In this document: one piece after another, positions 58,683 through 64,000 of the stretch
Layout: each line of letters begins with the position of its first letter
Numbering within the stretch: the first letter of the stretch is position 1
Assembly (NCBI GenBank): GCA_963796965.1
Contig: CAWCNS010000002.1
Span: 224,001 to 288,000, forward strand
Direction: 5' to 3'
Source: Calditrichia bacterium
Lineage (GTDB): Bacteria > Calditrichota > Calditrichia > JAJRVZ01
Length of the DNA stretch: 64,000 bases
The notes under the pieces: generated by a model
Seen by the model: only the letters and a program-made list of their open reading frames with translations
The model's database searches: none
What the model was told of the DNA's origin: nothing
Program-made: the position numbers and the translations under genes

Positions 58683-59035
58683 AGTTCTCCCGGTCTGTTT
58701 TTTGTCTCTGTCCTGCCTTACTTGGCCCACCGATCTAGTCTGTTAATTCTACCACTGATAAGTCTGTATGGTCTATCAAGATTTTAACACACCTTTAGTG
58801 AGTCGAAGACGCACATCTCAGTGCGCAGATACGTCAACTCATTACTAAAAAATAATGATTAATTCACAGAAATCAAATGAATAGTGGCAGAGGAGAAATA
58901 TCTTAGGGAAGGAAAATTTATTTTTCTTTCATATTTTTAGTATTTCTGTCGAAAATATCATTGATAATGGTGTAATACCCGTGATTATAAAAATGTCGGT
59001 TTTACAGAAAAACTGATAATAGGTAACATTAGCAT

Positions 59036-62000
59036 ATGAATTATGAGCCACAGCAAATAATTAAAGAAATCACACCTCTTGCGGAATCCGCTGTCCAGGA
59101 TTCTTTCCATGATTGGGAGGATTTCCATAAAAACAGATTATCCGAATTAGAATCCATATTAAATGCATTAAAGATCTTACTTGTTCATACAGAGGAATGG
59201 GCATTGGATCCAGATGGTCTATGGAAGCATTTAGAATCAGAGATGGCTAGGATTCGTCTTTGGACTGAATCACTAACCTATATATCTATAGCGGACCTTA
59301 AAACAAAAATATCAGATAATATATCTTCAAGTTTTGACACATTTCTGTTGGAGATTCCTGATGAAGTAAGGGTTCCTATCGGCGATACATATTGGGAAGC
59401 TTATTCCGATGATGGGTTATTTAGACGGATCAAAAAGGCATTACAGCCATTAAAAGCAAAATCGAAAATTTTAACCCTGGAGATTTTAAACAAATATCGT
59501 GCCCTGGGGCATAAACCACCCTTTAAACCGACAGCGGATGAACGTGTTGTCCAACTAAAAAGTCTTGTACATTATTATTTAAAAAATCCCGTTTTAAAGT
59601 TTCTCATTGACGAGTGGCAGCGTTTTCTTCAGGCAATCACTGGTCAGCTTTTTGTCCTTCACCTGAACATTAAAGATTTTTCAAATAAGTCATTAATTCT
59701 CGATGAATTATCTACAATTCTCGATCCCAATAAAAAGAATGAAATATTTAACAACTTATTTGATTTGGCAGAGATCTTAAAAAATATCGATGAGACACTT
59801 CAGGTTTTAAAAAAATACGACAATCAATTTCTTGATAGATTTCATAGTTCATGGACTCATATATCGGATGGATTTCAAAATGCCTGGAATCGAGCTGGTA
59901 CTTTTCAATTGAGTGATAAGAAATATTCAGGTGATAAGCTATCACATTTCGACTACTCTATTGGAAGTCGTTTCGAGAAACATGCTGTAAGTTGGAAAAA
60001 CCATCTAAATGCACTTCGGGAGGAATGGCAAAAAGATACAGAAATCTCGCTATTAAGATATAAAACAGTAAGAAGTTTATATGGAACCTCCCAAATTCTT
60101 CACAGAGGTATACATGAGACTATCGAGCCTTATCTTTCTCGCGCACATAATCAATTGACCAAAACCTGCCGTGAAATTGACAAAACCGATAATGATAAAG
60201 ATTTGCAATCTCATATTACAAATCGGCGTAAATCAATTCTAGATGCATTACAGTTGCTACTCGAGGCAGTACATGGAGTTAACATTGTGCGGATTCTTGA
60301 GAACTCTCTCGATCAAATAGATGGGATTGTTGATAAACTTGGACAACACTACCTTATCTTCATTAGACAGGATACCGAGAGAATTCCTCCCCGGTCTGTA
60401 ACGGAACAGATTCCTTTTAAAGAATTAGTAAAAAACGAAATCTATGTCACCCTTCAGGCAGAAATTTTATTTACAGATCAGAGAAAAGGAGGCAGAAGTA
60501 AAGCATATTCTTCGTGTAATTTCTGAGATTGACCAACAAATAGAATTTCATGCCGAGTCGACTTTAAAATTAATTGATCATTCAAACCAATTACCTGTAT
60601 TTCGACGGGCAAAGAATGAGATTAGCGAAGGATTAAACCGGGCCGTTAAACTCCTTGCAGATCTAAAATCGACGATACTCAACATACCAGAGCAATGTAC
60701 CCACGAACTGCTTCTTAATAGCCTTGAATTTGAGCATGATCTCGAAAAATTCCTTAATACTGAAAGTCTGATTAAGTTCAAATCAAATCTTAAAAGTAAA
60801 CAGGCTTCCCAAAAAATAAAAAGGATTCTAAATTCTGTTCTGAACACTTCTAAATCAATTATTCCATCTATTTATAATAGATCTCTTCAACAATTGAAAA
60901 ACTTATGGATTAGATATTTCAGTCTAAGACATGAAATTGAAGATTTTCTCGATCCAGAAACTGAAAAGGTCCGCCAGTATCTTACAGACACCGAAGATCG
61001 CATCTCTAAACTTCCTTTTATTTACCAAAAACTCTTTCATTTTCAGGCTTTAAATGATCAACAGTTTTTCACAAATAGAATTAAAGAAATCAGAAGAATT
61101 GAGGAAGAATTTAAACGATGGCAAAATGGTTCGACACCTGCTGTTTCAATTGTTGGTGAAAGAGGCAGTGGACTAACGACTTTTCTCAATTATGTGGAGA
61201 AGCAAATATTTCCCGATATACCACTTACAAGAATAGTATTTAATAAACCCGAATATTCTGAACAAAATTTATTTAAAATGGTATGCGAGGCTTTCGACTG
61301 CAAGAAGTTGGACAGTTGGGATGCGCTGAGAAAAGAAGATTTGTAGTGAGGACAAATTAAAGATCTGTATTATCGAAAATATGCAATTTATGTACCTTAA
61401 GACTGTTTCTGGATTTGAAGGAATTGAAAAGTTTCTTCAGTTTCTCTCGAGAACAAAAAAGGCCGTCTTTTGGATTGTGACGTGTACATTATATAGTTGG
61501 CAATTTCTATCAAAAGCTGTGGGTATAAATTCACATTTCCAATGTGTATTAACCCTTCACAAAATGAATGTGGAAGAATTGAGATCAATTATCCTGAAGC
61601 GTCACCGCGCCAGTGGATATCATCTTGAGTTTGAGCCATCTGCAAATCCTAGCCGAAAAAAGAAACTAAACAAATCAAATGGAAAGCCTCAAAAAGTTCA
61701 TTATGAAGAGGAGTACTTCAAAAGATTACATGAAATTGCCGGTGGAAATATAGCCACAGCAATTCTTATTTGGTTGAGATCAATAAAAGAATTTTCTCAG
61801 GCAAAAATGGTCTTATCAACAAAATTCGAGTTCGATTTTTCTTTTTTGGATAATCTATCGGAAAATGATTTATTAACACTTGGCAGCATCATTCATCATG
61901 AAATTTTATCCGTCGAAAATCATTCAATTATTTTTACTCAAAACATTGATAAAAGCCGACTCCAGCTTGAGAATCTCGAAGTCGAGGGTCTTATTCTTAA

Positions 62001-62082
62001 AAATGGCAACGGCTATAAAATTCATCCCTTTATTTATAGACCATTAATAAAATCATTAAAAGAAGTAAATGTACTTTCGTAG
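59036..62082 (+). CDS. Large helical protein with C-terminal P-loop NTPase-like region (frameshifts near 60470 and 61335)
   Basis: Three consecutive ORFs; VGERGSGLTT Walker-A-like motif; directly upstream of the MscS gene. Confidence 0.6.
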
Positions 62083-62094
62083 GAATCATCTGAA

Positions 62095-63021
62095 ATGCAA
62101 ATTGTGAAATTAATACTGATCCTACTCGTTATTCAAATAATAATTGTTCCTGCTGGGGCACAGGAAACCTCCTCTATATCAAATGCTGATAGTATAGAAA
62201 CTTTTTCTGTTGATACGGTTTTAGACTCTATCAAAGGAGAAAATACCCAACTTGATCCGGCATCTTCATATTTGGATGTTCTTTTAGCAATTATTATAGT
62301 CATATTTACCTTTATTTTTATGGTGTATCTTAGACAACCTCTTCAAAAACTCTCTGATCGCAGGGAAGGGATTTCAAGGTTTCTGAAGCAATTCATTTCA
62401 ATCTGCATGATAATTTTTTGGTTCTTATTGCTATATCTTGTGACTACTAAAGTACTTTATTTATCCCCAATCCTGACTGTAACCCTTGTTCTGTTGATAG
62501 GATTGGCCCTCATATCTGGACTACAGGATTCCATGAAGGATTTAGTTGCTGGAATATTAATACCTTTTGAAACGTATATCGAGAAAGGTTATAAAATTGA
62601 TTTAGGAGATATTCAAGGTGAAATCGTAAGAATCGGGATGCGAAAGATAGAATTAAAAACCTATGATGGAAAACATGCCATTATTCCCTCTCATTCATTT
62701 TTAAAGAGACCACTACCAGGCATTTATACTGAAAAAGAAAACTGCCCCGTTCAGGTAGAATTCTATCTCCTGCCGGATGTGGATTATGATCAATGTCAAA
62801 AAATTGCATATAAGTCTACTATCGTCTCACCTTACCTTTATCTTAATAAGCCAGTAAATGTATTCTTCGAGAATATTTTATCGAAAGGTCAGGTATTTAC
62901 AAAAATGAGTGTTGAGGCCTATTTACAAAAAATTGAATTTCATCAAAATTTTCGAAGTGAATTAACCCGTACAGTAAATAAAGAACTAAGAATTGCGGGC
63001 ACAGGAAAAAACCTTAAATGA
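62095..63021 (+). CDS. MscS family mechanosensitive channel
   Basis: TM helices; QD..KDLVAGI, G..I..G..GEIV.IG.R, T.DG..IIP motifs. Confidence 0.82.
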   Translation: MQIVKLILILLVIQIIIVPAGAQETSSISNADSIETFSVDTVLDSIKGENTQLDPASSYLDVLLAIIIVIFTFIFMVYLRQPLQKLSDRREGISRFLKQFISICMIIFWFLLLYLVTTKVLYLSPILTVTLVLLIGLALISGLQDSMKDLVAGILIPFETYIEKGYKIDLGDIQGEIVRIGMRKIELKTYDGKHAIIPSHSFLKRPLPGIYTEKENCPVQVEFYLLPDVDYDQCQKIAYKSTIVSPYLYLNKPVNVFFENILSKGQVFTKMSVEAYLQKIEFHQNFRSELTRTVNKELRIAGTGKNLK

Positions 63022-63340
63022 CGAATTCGCAATGAAAAAGTTAATGAAGAAGTTAATCTCTTATAACAATTGGATTTCCTACTGAGTAGCGAAATGTCAG
63101 AGATAATCAATTAGCACCTAATTTAGTAATATCATTTCATTGAATTGAACACTTAATAGTTATTTGACACAATGATAATAAATTGACCAGAAACCTAATT
63201 TGTTCATTTTTTATTGCGATTTGTATGCCCGATTATTACCTTGGCAAGATTATGGGGCTTTAAAAAAGTTCACCTACCTAAAAATCTGAGAATATCTTTA
63301 AATACTGTCGTACTATTTTATACATAATTAAGGAGGGAAT

Positions 63341-63912
63341 ATGAGAGTAAAAACAATTATCAGTTTGTTAACCGTAGTTATGCTGGCCATTTTTTTGGCA
63401 GGTTGTGATGACGTACCTCAACAGGAAATTAATGATGCAAATGCCGCTTTGGATGCCGCAAAAAAGGCAGGTGCTGATAAGTATGTTCCTGAAAAGTTTA
63501 ATGCCGCGAAACAGGCTTTGGACAAAGCAATGGCATTAGTTAAAGAAGAAGAATCCGCTATGTTTGGTAATTTTGATGAGGCACGAAACTTGTTAACAGC
63601 AGCAAAAGCAGCTGCCGAAGATGCAACAAAAGCGGTTGCTGCAAAAAAAGAACAGGTAAAGGGAGAAGCTGAAGCATTATTAGGTCAGATCCCTGATCAG
63701 GTGAAAGCCGCACAGAATGCCTGGAGAAAAGCGCCACGAGGCAAAGGAACAAGTGATGCTTTACAACAAATGAAAGCTGAAATTGAACAAGCTGAAGCAC
63801 AACAGGCTGAAGTCAATACTGCAATAGAGAATGGTGATTATTTGATGGCTAAACAAAAAGCACAATCGATTTCAAAAAACTTCAATCGCTACAGTCAGAA
63901 TTACAGCGCTAA
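63341..63912 (+). CDS. Ala-rich helical lipoprotein (DUF4398-like), frameshift near 63878; not in ORF track
   Basis: AGGAGGG RBS; MRVKTIISLLTVVMLAIFLAGC lipobox; PQQEI..A.AALDAAKKAGADKY.P; ends KLQSLQSELQR* after a 1-nt shift. Confidence 0.8.
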
Positions 63913-63937
63913 TAGTAAATTAGGGCATCCTATTTCT

Positions 63938-63996
63938 AAGAATAAATCCTCGATCAGATCTGCGATACGGCTTAGCTGCTCGGGGATTTATTCTTT
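63938..63996. terminator. Long inverted repeat, possible terminator
   Basis: AAGAATAAATCCTCGA...TCGGGGATTTATTCTT. Confidence 0.5.
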
Positions 63997-64000
63997 AATC

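Noticed and set aside
58740..58790. Purine riboswitch (TTCTACC and TATGG words present)
   Set aside because: The words are in the wrong order and the three-stem junction is absent.

Overview
AT-rich bacterial chromosomal window, largely metabolic and envelope genes. Gene content suggests a Calditrichota/KSB1/FCB-like lineage (inference). No rRNA, tRNA, CRISPR array or transposase was recognised. Many genes are split by 1-bp indels, densest at about 34-43 kb, most likely long-read consensus errors. Left to right: three tandem MacB/FtsX-type ABC permeases; tandem PilZ genes; an active/inactive pair of M14 peptidases; a HAD-DUF5009-GALK2-like kinase-nitroreductase operon; a sulfatase; PDZ, TonB and an ECF sigma/anti-sigma/DUF4097 module; YyaL; a GLIC-like pentameric ligand-gated ion channel; a two-component system with gdhA and a PEP-synthase-like protein; and a convergent anaerobic purine/urate catabolic cluster (ygeY, ygeW, ssnA, xdhAC). 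That cluster shows no ygeX or ygfK in the window but carries a ThrC-like PLP enzyme and a single-chain PreT-PreA fusion. The intergenic DNA holds many REP-like and heptamer repeat families. Several copies are interrupted at the same site by a 22-nt double-hairpin mini-element, seen as both filled and empty alleles. Several small ORFs absent from the ORF track and a promoter-to-terminator ~70-nt RNA candidate were also found.
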